A stretch of 63,626 nucleotides of DNA, filler included, from Chiloscyllium plagiosum (taxonomy: Eukaryota), in assembly GCF_004010195.1 (NCBI RefSeq). It is 5 parts of one record of this genome, joined end to end, with 100 filler letters (N's around TTAATTAATTAA, not from the genome) between each part and the next. Parts side by side here need not be neighbours in the genome. Positions count along the whole stretch, not along the records: positions 1 to 11,061 come from NC_057714.1; positions 11,162 to 22,382 come from NC_057714.1; 3 more parts are not named here. One strand, given 5' to 3'. The notes below the pieces were generated by a model, which did no database searches, was not told the origin of the DNA, and was given only the letters and a program-made list of their open reading frames with translations. Shown in pieces: positions 1-12,861 of this stretch (positions within the stretch are counted from its first letter, which is position 1; every line of letters starts with the position of its first letter). The position numbers were made by a program, and so were the translations under genes.

Positions 1-298
1 GAGGGTGAGAGGTTGGAGTGAGTGAGAGGAGTGGACAGGTTGAGGCGGTCAATGTCGCGGTGGAAGTTGGCTATGAAGAGATCGAGGGCGGGTAAGAGGC
101 CAGCACGGGGTGTCCAGGTGGATGGGGTGTGTTGGAGGCGGGAGAAGGGGTCATCAGAGGGTGGGCAGGAGTCTTGGTTAAATAAGTAGGCACGGAGGCG
201 AAGGCGGCGGAAGAATTGTTCGATGTCACGCCGCGTGTTGAATTCATTAATCCGGGAGCGTAGGGGAATGAAGGTGAGGCCCCTGCTGAGGACTGACT
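1..298 (-). mobile_element. Penelope-like element fragment, ORF region N-terminal to RT
   Basis: Minus-strand translation SVLSRGLTFIPLRSRINEFNTRRDIEQFFRRLRLRAYLF...HSNLS matches the LSxGLxFxP/FxRRLRL pre-RT motif of PLEs and overlaps the HSNLS...KPADKG segment seen at 11328-11699. Confidence 0.75.
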
Positions 299-1223
299 CA
301 GTTTAGAGTCAAACAAAGTGTTGAACAATCTGAATTAGCTTCAGACCTTGGCCCGGGGAGGGCTGGAGTTGGTGTCTGTGGAACAGAGTTCATGGTATGA
401 ACCAAGGACAAAAGATTCCATTTCAAGGTGAAATCAGTGTGAATCAGGCCTCTTTCCTTCACTGCGTTCTGCAGCTCCAACCCTCTTCAATCTTGAAAGA
501 ATTGAAAGCATGCTGGGTGAACAAAAACTCACGAGATTAGAAATTCCTAACCACAGTGTGCAACTGCTTTCAATCGTTTTAGTTTATAAGAGTAATAGCA
601 ATAACAACAGGACTTGGCCAGGATCCTCTGAGATGGAGGCTAGAGAGAGGGGAACTGGGAAAGAGAGTGCCAGCATGGACCAAGTGGGGGTGGGAGAAAG
701 CAGAGTGTCAGCATGAACTGGGGGTGAGAGAGAGGGTCTAGATACTTGCAAATATAAAGCACTGCTATAAAACATAAACATATAAATTACCTTGTAAAGG
801 ACAAGTAAAAATAATTTTCAAAAGGACTGAGAAAATTCACTCCCTTTATTAATCTTCTAAATAAGCAATTCCATGGTCACCGTGTACAATCCACCAAACA
901 GTATAAAAGAAACTAAAAATTGTGAGAGTTAAGGCTTCCTTTAAAATATGAATCTTGTACTTTCAACAATTGTCAAGTACATGTAAGGACTGATTCTTAA
1001 CAAGTTTGACAACAGATTGAAAAAGATCATGAGACTGTATGCCTGAATTTGGATATGTGCTGTTCGAGGGTGAAACTCAGTACCAGGAAACAGTTGTTAT
1101 GTTGCTGACTGAGTACTCCAGAGGCCCAGCTAATGATTTAGGGAGAAGAGTTCGAATCCCATTATGGCAGCTGGGAAATTTAAATTCAATTAATTACATT
1201 TCTACTCGCTTGGTAGTACAGCA

Positions 1224-1464
1224 CTTGAGTATTCCTAAAAAAGGCACATCTTATCGAAGCTTTAATCTTGCAGTCATCAGGACGATCACAAGAAATACCA
1301 AAGCCAAATACCAGTCAGAATCCATTTGCCAATCAATCAGCATTCTCTTCTCATACAGTTTAGCTGTTGTTTTCCCTTTACTTTGGTGTTTCTTGTGAAT
1401 TGCCCTGATGAGTGCAAGATGAAAAGCTTTGACAAAATGTGCCTCTTTTCAGCAATTATACTTA
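1224..1464. mobile_element. Short fold-back element with ~80-bp inverted arms, each carrying a hammerhead-like core
   Basis: Arm 1224-1303 is the imperfect reverse complement of 1381-1464; CTGATGA at 1405-1411 (+) and TCATCAG at 1274-1280 (-). Confidence 0.7.
1400..1435 (+). ncRNA. Minimal hammerhead ribozyme-like motif (degenerate)
   Basis: TTGCC-CTGATGA-GTGCAAGAT-GAAA-AGCTTT-GACAA: core, short stem II, palindromic AAGCTT stem III, stem I TTG(T/C)C with GACAA. Confidence 0.55.
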
Positions 1465-1608
1465 ATTCTAGAAGTAAAAACTAACATCAGTAATGGTGAT
1501 GATGAAATGACCAGGTTATTATAAAAATCCAAATGGTTCACTGAGTTCATAAGGTCATAAGATATAGAAGCAGAATTAGGCCATTCGGCCCATCAAGTCT
1601 GCTCCTGC

Positions 1609-2705
1609 AAGAACTTGATCCCATTCTCCCAATTCCTCACCTCTGCCATATCTGCTCTGACGAGGAGATATTCCGCTCGTGAGCATCCCAGATGAGCACC
1701 TATTTTGAATAACATGCTTTTCCTCCCTCTGTCACCCAAACAGCCCTCCACTCACCACCTACATTCCCTGTTCCACTGCCCTAAACCCCCTGCTCCCAAT
1801 GCACTAAAGACAGAGTCCCCCTTGCCCTCACATACCATCCCACCTGTCCCCGCATCCAACGCATCATCCTCTACACTTCCACCAACTCCAAATAGACCGC
1901 ACCACCAAGAACATCTTCCCCTAACCACCCCTTTCTGCCTTCCACAAGGACTATTCCCTCTGACAGTCCTTGGTTCACGCCAACCTCAACACCAAACCCC
2001 TAGAAACCTTTCCCTGCAACCAGGAAAGATGCAAAACCTGCCGGTTCACCATCCCCCTCAAATTTATCTGGGACCCCAAACTGTCTTTCCAGGTGAGACG
2101 TAGGTTCACCTGCCTCTCTTCCAACCTAGTTTACTGCATCAGGTATTCCCAATGTGATCTTCTCTTCACTGGGGAGACCAAATTAAATTTGGGGAATGGT
2201 TCACCGAGCATCACAGCCGGGTCCACAGGCGCCGACCGGACCTTCTAGTTACCACCCATTTCAATTCCCCCAACCACTCCCTTTCTGACATGACCATCCT
2301 TGAACTCCACCATTGCCAAAACAAACCACAGCTCCTATTGGAGGATCAGCACCTTATCTTCCACCTGGGCACCCTACAGCCCGGAGGACTCAACGTTGAT
2401 TTCTCCAATTTCAAATAACCTCCCACTCCATCCCCTGACACCCTTCCCAGCCCCTCCCCCTCCCTTCTACTGCTCCCTGCCACCAACCGGATTCATTCCT
2501 CCCATTGACCAACCAGGTTATACCCCCTACCTGCCGTCACTTATCACCACTTCACCACCCTGCCCCGCCTTCCCCTTTATCTGCAGCTCCCCCCACACTC
2601 ACTCCCAGCCCTGAAGAAGGGTTACACCCGAAACGTCGACTTCTGCACGTCCTGGCTTGCTGTGTTCTTCCGGCCTCCTGCCTGTCTACTGTGGATTTTT
2701 TTTGT
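1609..2705 (+). mobile_element. Penelope-like element 3' part (Cys-rich linker, GIY-YIG endonuclease, terminus with hammerhead core)
   Basis: FPCNQERCKTC...FTCLSSNLVYCIRYSQCDLLFTGETK; CTGAAGAAGGGTTACACCCGAAACGTCGAC at 2611-2640; CTCCTGC at both flanks (1602-1608, 2706-2712). Confidence 0.85.
2607..2641 (+). ncRNA. Minimal hammerhead ribozyme motif in PLE terminus
   Basis: CTGAAGA-A-GGGT(TAC)ACCC-GAAA-CG-TC-GACT. Confidence 0.65.
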
Positions 2706-4673
2706 CTCCTGCCATTTGATCTTGGCTGATATGCTCCTCACTTGCATTTTCTTACCTTCTCTCCATGTCCCTTCAACTCATTACCAATTAAAACTCTGTC
2801 TAATTCCTCCTTAAATTTACTCACTGTCCCAGCATCCACTGCACTTTTGGGTCATGAATTCCACAGATTCACAACGCATTGGGAGAAGTAGTTTCTCCTC
2901 AACTCTGTTTTGAATTTGCTACCCCTTATCCTGAGACTATGACCTCTCATCCAAGAATGCCCCACAAGAGGAAGCATCTGCTCCACAACTCTTTTATCCT
3001 CAAATTTTATCATCTTGAATACATCACTTTGATCTCCCCTCATTCTTCTAAATTCCAGAGAGTATAGGCCTAAAGTCTTCAATCTCTCTTCATACAACAA
3101 ACCCCTCATCTCTGAGATCAATCTAGTGAAATTCCTCTGAACTGCCTCCAACGCTATTACATACTCCAGGTGCAATCTCACTAATACCTTATATAATTGC
3201 AACAATACGTCCTTACCTTTATTTTCTATTCCCTTTCGCTATAAAAGCTAACATTCATTTCACTTTCTCTATTATCTACTGTACCTGCATGCTGTTTTTT
3301 TGTGACTCATGAACGAGTACAACTAGATCCCTCTGCACTGGAGCACCCCAAAGTTTCTCCCTATAGGTCACCTTCCCACTTTTACATCCGAAATGCATGA
3401 CCTTGCACTTATTTACGTTAAATTCCATCTACCACATTTTGGCACAGTCTCGTAACCTATTTATATCCATTTGTAAGGCTCTTATTTCCTCATTGCAATT
3501 TACCGTCCTGCCTATTTTTGTGTCGTCTGCAAATTTGGCTATACAGCCTTATATCCCTTTATCCAAATCGTTAATGTACATCATCAATAGCTGGAATCCA
3601 AGGACCGAACCATTTGACACCCCACTAATTACATCTTGCCGTCCAGAAAAACAATTATCCCAACTCTCTGTTTTTTTGTCCATCAGCCAGCCACCTATCC
3701 AAGCTACCCCTAATCCCATATGATCCAACCTTGTGAATTAACCTTTTATGCGTCATCTCATCAAATGCCTTCCGGAAGTCCAGGTATATTACATCTACAG
3801 AATCCCCATTACCCACTTAACTTGTTACATCTTCAAAGAACTCTAGCAAATTAGTCAAACATGATTTCCCCTTCATAAAACCGTGCTGACTCTGATGTAT
3901 AGTGTTTTGACTTTCCAAATGTCCTGATATTGCTTCCTTGATAATTGATTCTAACACTTCTCCAACAACAGATGTTAAAGTAACTGATCTATAATTTCCC
4001 ACATTTTGTCACTCTCCCTTTTTGAATAAGGACATTATATTAATCAGTTTTCAATCCACTGGAACCTTACCCGTGTCCAGGGAATTTTGAAATATTGTGA
4101 CCTTTAGGTAATGTCATGTCCCTTAACTGTCCTCTGAAATGGCCAAGTTGGAGTGTTTAGCAAGATAACTCACCACCACCTTCGTGCAGTAAGTGTCAGG
4201 CATGAGTGACTAAAGACAAATTAAAATTGACTGTTCTTCTCAACAACATATAATACAAGAACCAGGTGTTCAATAAACTTTCATTAGTATCACAGTTTGA
4301 GCTGTCATTTCTTTTTATCTGTGTCTGCTGCTATTTATTGAACCTGCTGGTCAGTTTTTACCAATTTTCTAGACTGATATGCATGTGTATTCAAATACTT
4401 TATTGGTAAAGAAATTTCCAAAGGATTTTAACCCATTTGGTGGCCAGATTGAAGAAAGCCAAAAGAGATCTTTATATCTCTTTACTGTGTTCAGTTTAAC
4501 CTTAAACTGTGAATTTGGCCTCCACATGAATGGGTAATTAGTACAGTGCCAAGACATTGGAACATGGCCAAGACACTGGTGTGAAAGACCGAGAAATACT
4601 GTAGAAATGAACACTGCATCAACTTTTGTCAAGAAATCCAAATTGCCTGTAACAACAGCAATCGACATGATAT

Positions 4674-4841
4674 GGAGAAAGTGAGGAATGCAGAAGCTGG
4701 AGATCAGAGTTGAGAGTGTGGTGCTGGAAAAGCACAGCAGGTCAGGCAGCATCCAAAGAGCAGGAGAATCGACAGATTCCTGGTGAAAGGATTATGTCCA
4801 AAACGTCCTTGGATGCTGCCTGACCTGCTGTGCTTTTCCAA
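4674..4841. mobile_element. Short fold-back PLE-terminus derivative
   Basis: Starts GGAGAAAGTGAGG; inverted arms GGAAAAGCACAGCAGGTCAGGCAGCATCC / GGATGCTGCCTGACCTGCTGTGCTTTTCC; imperfect TSD CAATC(G/T)ACATG(A/C)TAT. Confidence 0.8.
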
Positions 4842-4944
4842 CAATCTACATGCTATGTGTGATGAGATCAAGAGGACTCTTGGTCCAACCAATTTCCTCT
4901 CTCAACTAATTTATTTTCCTCAGAGGGCTGACAAGGCTGAATTG

Positions 4945-5170
4945 TTAACCATCTTGACAATTATGTCGACTATCCCTAATCAGTCCTTCCTTTTCCAAAT
5001 ACATGTACATCCTGTCCCTCAGGATTCCCTCCAACAATCTGCCCACCACTGACGTCAGGCTCACTGGTCTAGGGTTCCCTGGCTTGTCTTTATCACCCTT
5101 CTTAAACAGTGGCACCACGTTAGCCAACCTCCAGTCTTTTCGCACTTCACCTGTGACTATTGATGATACA
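4945..5170 (-). mobile_element. CR1 LINE RT fragment
   Basis: DWRLANVVPLFKKGDKDKPGNPRPVSLTSVVGRLLEGILRD. Confidence 0.85.
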
Positions 5171-7039
5171 AACCCATCTTCAGGACTGGGGGTGGGGGTG
5201 GGAAGACCTGCAGATAAAGGAGGAGTCAGGGGCGGAGTGGTGATAGCTGAAGACAGGTAGAGGGTACGACCTGGCTGGTCAATGGGAGGAATGAATTTGG
5301 TTGAATGGGAGAGGAGACTTGATGGGCTGAATGGTCTACTTCGGCACCTATGCCTTATAGTTTATTGCACTGTAAGGGAATAGAAGATCTGTTTCATGGT
5401 GACCAATAACTTAATGTCCTATCTTGTTACTATTTTCTAAGATTTGAAAGAGTGAGGGGAGTTTCTTTTTAATTTGGTCATGGAATTTGTGTATCGCTGG
5501 CTAGCCCAACATTTATTATCCATCCATAATTGTCAAGAGAGCAGTTAGTAGTCAACCAACTTGTTGTGGATCTGGAATCACATGTAGGCTAAACCAAGTA
5601 AGGATGGCAGATTTCCTACTTTAAAGGGCTTTAGCGAACCAGATTGTTTTTTAGAAAAATCAACAGTGGTTTCATTATCACCATTAGGTGAACTTTTAAT
5701 TTCAGACATTTACTGAATTCACATTTCAACATAGGATTTGGACCCATGTTCCCAAGATATTAGCCTGGATTTCTGGATTATCAGTGAGATTGTCACAATG
5801 TCCCTATCTCAATTAAATAGGTCTAACAAAGAAGAAAAGAGAAAGCCTTTCACGTTCAGGACGCCCCAAAGTTCCTTAGAATATTTTTTGAAATACAGTT
5901 ACTTATATTATGAACCATATTAGGAGGACTCAGTTGGTACTGCTGTTGCCTTTGAATCGGAAGGTTCTGAATTCAAGTCCCACCCCAGGCCAAAATTAAA
6001 GCTTTCACTTCAGAACAGTATTGACATAGTTCTGAAGGAAGGTCATATATGATTCGAAATGGAAATTCTATTTCTCTCTCCACAGACCTGCTAGGTTTCT
6101 CCAGCATTCTCTCTTTATATTTTTTGATAGAGAACTGCAGTGTTGAAGATGCCATATTTTGGATGGGATATTAAACCAAGGCACAATCTGCCCTTTAAAA
6201 AGGGCACTATTTTGAGGATGGGCAGAAGAGCTATCCCTGATCATTTGGCCAATATTTATCCCTCTGTCATCCTCAAAAGATAAGTCATCATTACATTGTA
6301 TGTGTCACGTGCTGTGTGTGAATTGGCTACATTACTTAGATTACAACAAGGACTACCTTTCAAAACAATAATTCATTGCCTGTAAAACTCTTGAGGATGT
6401 GCTATGATTGTGAAAGGTGTTATATAAATCGAATTCCAATGCAATCTGTGCTGTCAGCCCTGAGATTGATGTTGGTTCATGACGTACAGGGAAGAATTCC
6501 TTTGCTTGCCTTGGAGATAATTTTGTCAGAGCTTTTACATCAACTTGGCAAGTTCAAAGTTTAGGTTCCATCTGAAAGATGGTGCCTCCAACAGTGTGAC
6601 AGTTCATAAGTAGTGCATTGGAGCATCAGCTGAGATTTATGCTTGATGCTGTATGGTGGATCACAATGTACTGAGTCAGATGTAAAAGCACTACCCACTG
6701 AGTCATGCCTGACACCTTATAATTAATCACAGCATTAATGTGCTTTGAGTCAGTTAGCAAAGTCAATATCCACTTGCGAAGACGTATAGTTGCATAGACA
6801 TCTCCTGTGATCCTAATGGGCAAGATCTCTGTTTGAGAGAAGGAAAGAAAGCAAGAATTGCTTCATATCATCCCTTAAAACATATTTCCAAGCCACTTTT
6901 GAAATTATTTTTAGCTCGGTAACAGCTTTTTGTGATTTTGGAAACAGGTAATAATTATAGTGGAAATGTAAGCAGAATACACCAATTTGCAGAAGCACTG
7001 CACTTAAAGAAGTAGTTAATAGAAAAAGAGGAAGAATCC

Positions 7040-7365
7040 ATACAGTGTGGAAACAGGCCCTTTGGCTCAACAAGTCCACACTGACCCTCTGAAGAGTAAC
7101 CCACCTAGGCCCATGCCCCTACCTTATTATCCTATATTTACCCCGACTAATGCACCTAACCTACTCATCCCTGAACAAAATTGAAATTTCCCATGGCCAA
7201 TTCACCCTAACCTGCACATCTTTGGACTGTGGGAAGAAACCGGAGCATCCAGAGGAAATCCACACAGACATGGGGACAAACTCCACACAGACAGTCACCT
7301 GAGGCTGGAAGCAAACCTGGGTCCCTGGCGCTAAGGCAGCAGGGCTAACCACTGAGCCACCGTGA
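7040..7365 (-). mobile_element. HE1-type tRNA-derived SINE
   Basis: Minus strand has CACGGTGGCTCAGTGGTTAGC A-box head, central GGTTTCTTCCCACAGTCCAAAGATGTGCAGG domain and CR1-like tail GGGCCTGTTTCCACACTGTA. Confidence 0.85.
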
Positions 7366-8309
7366 CACCCAGTAGAAAGTAGAAAGTAACAAAATTTGTG
7401 TTTGTATAGCATCATTCATAACGTCAGGATGTCACAAAGTATATTCTGGTTTATGCCAGATCTTTTACATGAGAGGGCAGTTGGACTATTAGCTTAACAT
7501 CACATCTGAAAGGTGATACCTCTGATAGCACTCACTCAATGCTACACAAGCCTGTCAGCCAAGATGTTGTGGCAATATCTCCAGAATAAGGTTTGAAGCC
7601 ACAGTTCAGGATCATTAATACACTCCAACTACACCTTTGCTACCCCACTCCCACTCCCCTGCGATCAACTAAATAAAGTTCAATCCCTAATTTGTTAAGT
7701 TCCTGATTTGAGCCAAGACTGTAGGGGATAAAGCTTACATTAAAGGAATGAATAATTTGTATTTGTAGAACACATTTTAACACATCCTGACCCATAGACT
7801 GACCCATCAGTGAAGATAGGCAAGTGCACCTCCTCCATGATAGTCCTCAACATCAGTGCCCCGCAAGGATGTTTCACTGTACTTAGGTACAAATGACAAC
7901 AATGAATCAAATTGAATGAAATTATGAACTCAGGACATCCCATAAAATATTTTTAAGTCTGGTCACTCTTGTAGGAAACACTGCAGCTACTTTCAGTAAC
8001 AACACAGATCCATGACCTGGAGTGTGATAATGTCCAGATCATTTTTGTTTCAGTAGTGTTGGTTGAGGGTTAAATATTGGTCAGGGAACAGAGACAGAGG
8101 AATGGATTTTACCTTGAGGTGAGAGTGTTAAAATCTGAAGGACCTGTTTCCTGACCCAAGCTCACCCACCCATCCATAGTTGAGGCCGAGAGAGTAAACA
8201 GGTGGCTGACTTGTTCCAAGGAGGCAGTTAGGAACTAGGAAAGCAGCAATTTCCTTGAGGCAGGAAGTTAGTGGATTCACAGCTTCTGAATGCAGGAGTT
8301 TACTTAGAA

Positions 8310-9470
8310 ATGTAAAAAACAGGAACAGGAGTAGGAGTAGACTGTTTAGCTTTTTGAACTTGGTCTGCCTTTCAGTATGATCATAGCTGATCTCCCAATT
8401 CAGTACCCTGTTCCCACTTTCTCCCCATACCCTTTGATCCTTTAGCCCTAATAGTTATATATCCAACCCCTTCTTGAAAATATTCAATGTTTTGGCCTCA
8501 ACTCCTTTCTATGACAGAGAATCCCACAGGCTCACCATGCTCTAGGTGAAACAAATTCTCCTGATCCCAGTCCTAAGTCATCTATGCTAGATCCTTAGAC
8601 TGTAACCCCTCATTCTGAACTCCCTGGCCATTGAGAACATCCTTCCTGCATTTACCCTGTCTAGTCCTGTTAGAACATTATAGGATTCTAAGAAATGCCC
8701 CCCTCAATCTCCTAAACTCCAGTGAAAAATGTCATGATATTCCTACTGGATTATAGGGCTGTTCTCTCTTTAGAGACAGGGATGATTAATGGTGGTTCAA
8801 CGTCAGGGTCACCATGCCTCAGGGAAAGGTAGAGATTGAGAATTAGAGTACTTCATGGTAACTTCAGTCAATGAAAAAATCGAACCTATATTGTTAGTAT
8901 TACTCTGTATTGCAAACCAGCCATCTGAGCTGACCAACTCCCACTCTGTTGAATATAGTCTGAAGTGATCCAATCTCTCATCTTATACCAGTCCTGCAGA
9001 CCCATGAATCAATCTGGTAAGCCACGACATTTCACATAAGGCAACCAAAACTGCACACATTACTCCAGGTGTGGTCTCAATAAGGCCCTGTACAATTGGA
9101 GCAAGCCATCCCTACTCCTGTAATTGAATCCTCTCATTATGAAGGCTAACATGCTACTTGTCTCCTTCATTACCTGTTCCACCTGCATGCTTGCTTTCAG
9201 CAACTAGTATACAGGGATACCCAGGTCTCATCACATCTCCCCGTTTCCCAATCTATCACCATTCAGATAATAATGTGCCTATCTGTTCTTGCTACCAAAG
9301 TGGTTACCCTCATATTTATCCACATTCTATTTAATCTCCCATGTATTTGACCACTCAACTTGTCCAAATCACACTGAAGCATCTCAATTGCCCTCCCAGT
9401 TCACCCAGCTACGTATAACCTGCAAACCTGACGATATTATATTTTGTTTTCTCATTGAAACCATTTCCTG
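8310..9470 (-). mobile_element. Old CR1 LINE 3' fragment with an unrelated repeat inserted at ~8730-8945
   Basis: CR1 tail-like AGGAGTAG...CCTTTGATCC and RT-like ACTCCAGGTGTGGTCTCA segments similar to other CR1 copies here. Confidence 0.7.
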
Positions 9471-10329
9471 AGGAGCTTCTGTAATAAGGTCGCCTAAATA
9501 TCCATAACATCTCACCAGCCAGCTTCCACCACCATCCCTCTGCCCCCCCCCCAAAAAAACATCAGTAAACACTGATGAAGGGAATGTAGAAGGTGCTGGA
9601 TGGGGTGCTAATCAAGTAGGCATGAATGATGCCAAGTCTCTTGGACCAGCACCCTTCGAAGGTGGTAGAGAGCACTTCATCACACTCCTGACTTGTTTGT
9701 TGTAGATGGTGGATGAACTGTAGGGAGTCAATTACTCACCAAAGAATTCCCAGTCTCTGACTTCACAGGGCTCAACGGAGTCATAGAATCACAGAAGACA
9801 GCACAGAAATAGGCCATTCGACCTATTGGGTTTGAGCTGACTATTTCAAAGAGTAATCTAATTAATCCAAAACCCAGTACCTCTCTATAGTCTTGCAGCA
9901 TTATCTTTCATGAATTGGTCTGACTCTCTTTTGAAGGTTACTTTTGAATCTACTTCATTATCCTTCCAGGGTATTCCAAATCACAGCTACTCAGTGCAGA
10001 AATTTTGTTCCGTCATCGTTAACTAATCTCCTTAAATCTGTGCTCTCTCTAATTGATCCAACAACTGGAGTTTCTGTTTATTTATTGTCTATCTAAAGCC
10101 ATCAGGGTTTTCAATGTCTCTATCAAATGTCCTGTTAACTTTCTTTGTTCTTAAGCAGATATTACTTCCACAGTTTCAGATTGAGGAAGAGCTGCCTCTA
10201 AAAGACCCCCACAAACAACTTGGCTTGAGTGTGTTCAATGTATTGAAGCCACTTCTCATTGCTGTTGTTTGAGTTTGCTTAAAGCAGTCAGTAGCCTTCT
10301 TTTTTCTGAAAAGATAATCTCACTTTCAG

Positions 10330-10633
10330 GACGGTATGGTGGCCCAGTGGTGAGCACTGCTGCCTCACAGTGCCAGGGACCTGAGTTTGATTCTTGCCTC
10401 AGGCAACTGTCTGTGTGGAGTTTTACACATTTTCTCCGTGTCTGTGTGGGTTTCATCCGGATGCTCCAGTTTCCTCCCACAATCCAAAGATGTGAATTGG
10501 TCATGCTAAATTGCCCATAGTGTTAGATGCATTAGTCGGGGGTAAACATTGGGTCTGGGTGGGTTATTCTTCAAGGGTCAGTGTGGACTCAGTGGGCCAA
10601 ATGGCCTGTTTCCATACTGGAGGGAATCTAATC
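10330..10633 (+). mobile_element. HE1-type SINE
   Basis: TGGTGGCCCAGTGGTGAGCACTGCTGCCTCACAG head, degenerate B-box GAGTTTGATTC, tail GGCCTGTTTCCATACTG. Confidence 0.85.
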
Positions 10634-10769
10634 ATTCAGTGCCTTCTGAAATAGCTAAGGAAGCCACTTGTTTTATCAGTTGGACAATCCAGGCACCAGA
10701 AGAGATAATGGCAAAATCCATTATTATGAATGAGATTGTGGAGTACTTGGAAGTGCATGGTAAAATAAG

Positions 10770-11680
10770 TAAAAACAATGACTGCAGATGTTGGAAACCA
10801 GATTCTGGATTAGTGGTGCTGGAAGAGCACAGCAGTTCAGGCAGCATCCGAGGAGCAGTAAAATCGATGTTTCGGGCAAAAGCCCTTCATCAGGAATAAA
10901 GGCAGAGAGCCTGAAGGGTGGAGAGATAAGCTAGAGGAGGGTGGGAGATAGTAGCATAGAGTACAATAGGTGAGTGGGGGAGGGGATGAAGGTGATAGGT
11001 CAAGGAGGAGGGTGGAGTGGATAGATGGAAAAGAAGATAGGCAGGTAGGACAAGTCATGGGNNNNNNNNNNNNNNNNNNNNNNNNNNNNNNNNNNNNNNN
11101 NNNNNTTAATTAATTAANNNNNNNNNNNNNNNNNNNNNNNNNNNNNNNNNNNNNNNNNNNNTGAAGATGAGGCGTTGGGGGCCGGGGAAACGGAAGTCTT
11201 GGAGGAGGTGGCGGGCGTGGGTGGTGTCTCGAACATATGTGGGGAGTATCTGGACTAGGGGAGATAGGACGGTGTCAAGGTAGGCAGAAATGAGTTCAGT
11301 GGGGCAGGAGCATGCTGAAATAATGGGTCAGCCAGGGTGGTCAGGCTTGTGGATTTTGGGAAGGAGGTAGAACCGGGCAGTGTGGGGTTCCCGGACTATG
11401 AGGTTGGAAGCTGTGGGTGGGAGTTCTCCTGAGGTGATGAGGTTTTGTATGGTCTGGGTGATGAAGGTTTGGTGATGGGGGGTGGGGTCATGGTCGAGGC
11501 GGCGGTAAGAAGAGGTGTCCTCGAGTTGACGTTTGGCTTCAGCGGTGTAGAGGTCAGTGCGCCAGACTACCACTGCCCCCCCTTTATCTGCTGGCTTGAT
11601 GGTGAGGTCGGGTTTGGAGCAGAGGGATTGGTGGGCTGTGCGTTGTGAGGATGAGAGGTTGGAGTGGGGGAGGGAGATAA
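10770..11680 (-). mobile_element. Penelope-like element spanning an assembly gap (terminus at left, RT N-terminus at right)
   Basis: TIKPADKGGAVVVW...ARFYLLPKIHKPDHPG RT motifs; terminus with TTTCGGGCAAAAGCCCTTCATCAG hammerhead core at 10870-10893 (-). Confidence 0.85.
11062..11161. other. Artificial contig spacer (44N-TTAATTAATTAA-44N)
   Basis: Identical 100-nt spacer with all-frame stop linker occurs four times. Confidence 0.97.
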
Positions 11681-12135
11681 AATAGGGCAGAGTCAGCATG
11701 GTTTCATCAAGGTAATGGTTTCATCAAGGCGAGGTCATGCCTGACAAATCTATTAGAATTCTTTGAGGAGCTAATGAAGAATTTAGACAAAGGAGGGCTA
11801 GTGGATGTGATCTATTTGGATTTCCAGAAGGCTTTTGACACAGTGCCACACATGTAGCCAATAAATAAGAGCCTGTAATGTAAGGGGCAAAGTATCTGCA
11901 TGTGTAGACGATTGGTTAGAGTGGAGCTGGAAAAGCACATCAGGTCAGGCAGCATCTGAGGAGCAGTAAAATCAATGTTTCAGGCAAAAGCCCTTCATCA
12001 GGATGCTGCCTGACCTGCTGTGCTTTTCCAGTATCAGTCTAATCTTGATTTGGGGATGCCGGTGTTGGACTGGGGTGTACAAAGTTAAAAATCACACAAC
12101 ACCAGGTTATAGTCCAACAGGTTTAATTGGAAGCA

Positions 12136-12170
12136 CACTAGCTTTCGGAGCGACGCTCCTTCATCAGGTG
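12136..12170 (-). ncRNA. Minimal hammerhead ribozyme motif (best preserved)
   Basis: Minus strand CAC-CTGATGA-A-GGAGC(GTC)GCTCC-GAAA-GC-TA-GTG. Confidence 0.7.
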
Positions 12171-12826
12171 AATGTGGAGGGCTCGATCGTAACACAAAAT
12201 TTATAGCAAAAATTTGCAGTGTGATGTAACTGAAATTATACATTGAAAAATTGATTGTCTGTTAAGCTTTTCATCTGTTAGAATACAGTGATAGTTTCAC
12301 TTCTTTCATGCGTAAATCACAACCCTTTCTTTTAAAGTTGCATTCTCGGGTTAGCTGTTAACAATGGTGATAGCTAGACAATATGTTGAAGGTGTTAGCC
12401 CCCTGTGTTATCTGTCTATGACCTGATGTTTAGATTGATTCTAATCTAAAAAGTGAGATAACAGAGTTTTACATAAATTCACTGTGTGTCTATAAGGGTG
12501 TGTGTGGGTGTCTGTGTGCGCGTCTGTGTGTATCTGTGTCCATGTGTATGTGAGAGTGTGTTTGTAGGAATATCTGTGTGTGTGTGTGTAGTGCAATGGT
12601 GATCACCTGTAATGTGACATGAACCCAAGGTCCCGGTTGAGGCCCTCCCTATGGGTATGGAACTTAGCTATCAGCCTCTGCTCGGCCACTTTCCTCTGCT
12701 GCCTATCACTGTATTCTAACAGATGAGAGGCTTAACCGACAATCAATTTTTCAATGTACAATTTCAGTTACATCACACTGCAAATTTTTGCAATAAATTC
12801 TGTGTTACGATCGAGCCCTCCACAAT

Positions 12827-12861
12827 CACCTGATGAAGGAGCGTCTCTCCGAAAGCTAGTG
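12827..12861 (+). ncRNA. Minimal hammerhead ribozyme motif
   Basis: CAC-CTGATGA-A-GGAG(CGTCT)CTCC-GAAA-GC-TA-GTG. Confidence 0.7.

Larger units (their letters stand above)
1548..4100 (-). mobile_element. CR1-clade LINE 3' portion (decayed RT plus tail), interrupted by a PLE at 1609-2705
   Basis: ORF remnants GNYRSVTLTSVVG...QHGFMKGKSCLTNLLEFFE and LQLYKVLVRLHLEY...LGLYSLEFRRMRGD; CR1 tail at 1548-1608. Confidence 0.9.

Noticed and set aside
9570..9600. CTGATGAAGGG as another hammerhead core
   Set aside because: No stem II partner or GAAA follows.
10330..10400. tRNA gene (A and B boxes)
   Set aside because: It is the tRNA-derived head of an HE1-type SINE, as in the other copies; no complete cloverleaf.
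11106..11117. TTAATTAATTAA motif repeated four times
   Set aside because: Always centred in 44N+44N; an artificial stop linker, not biological.
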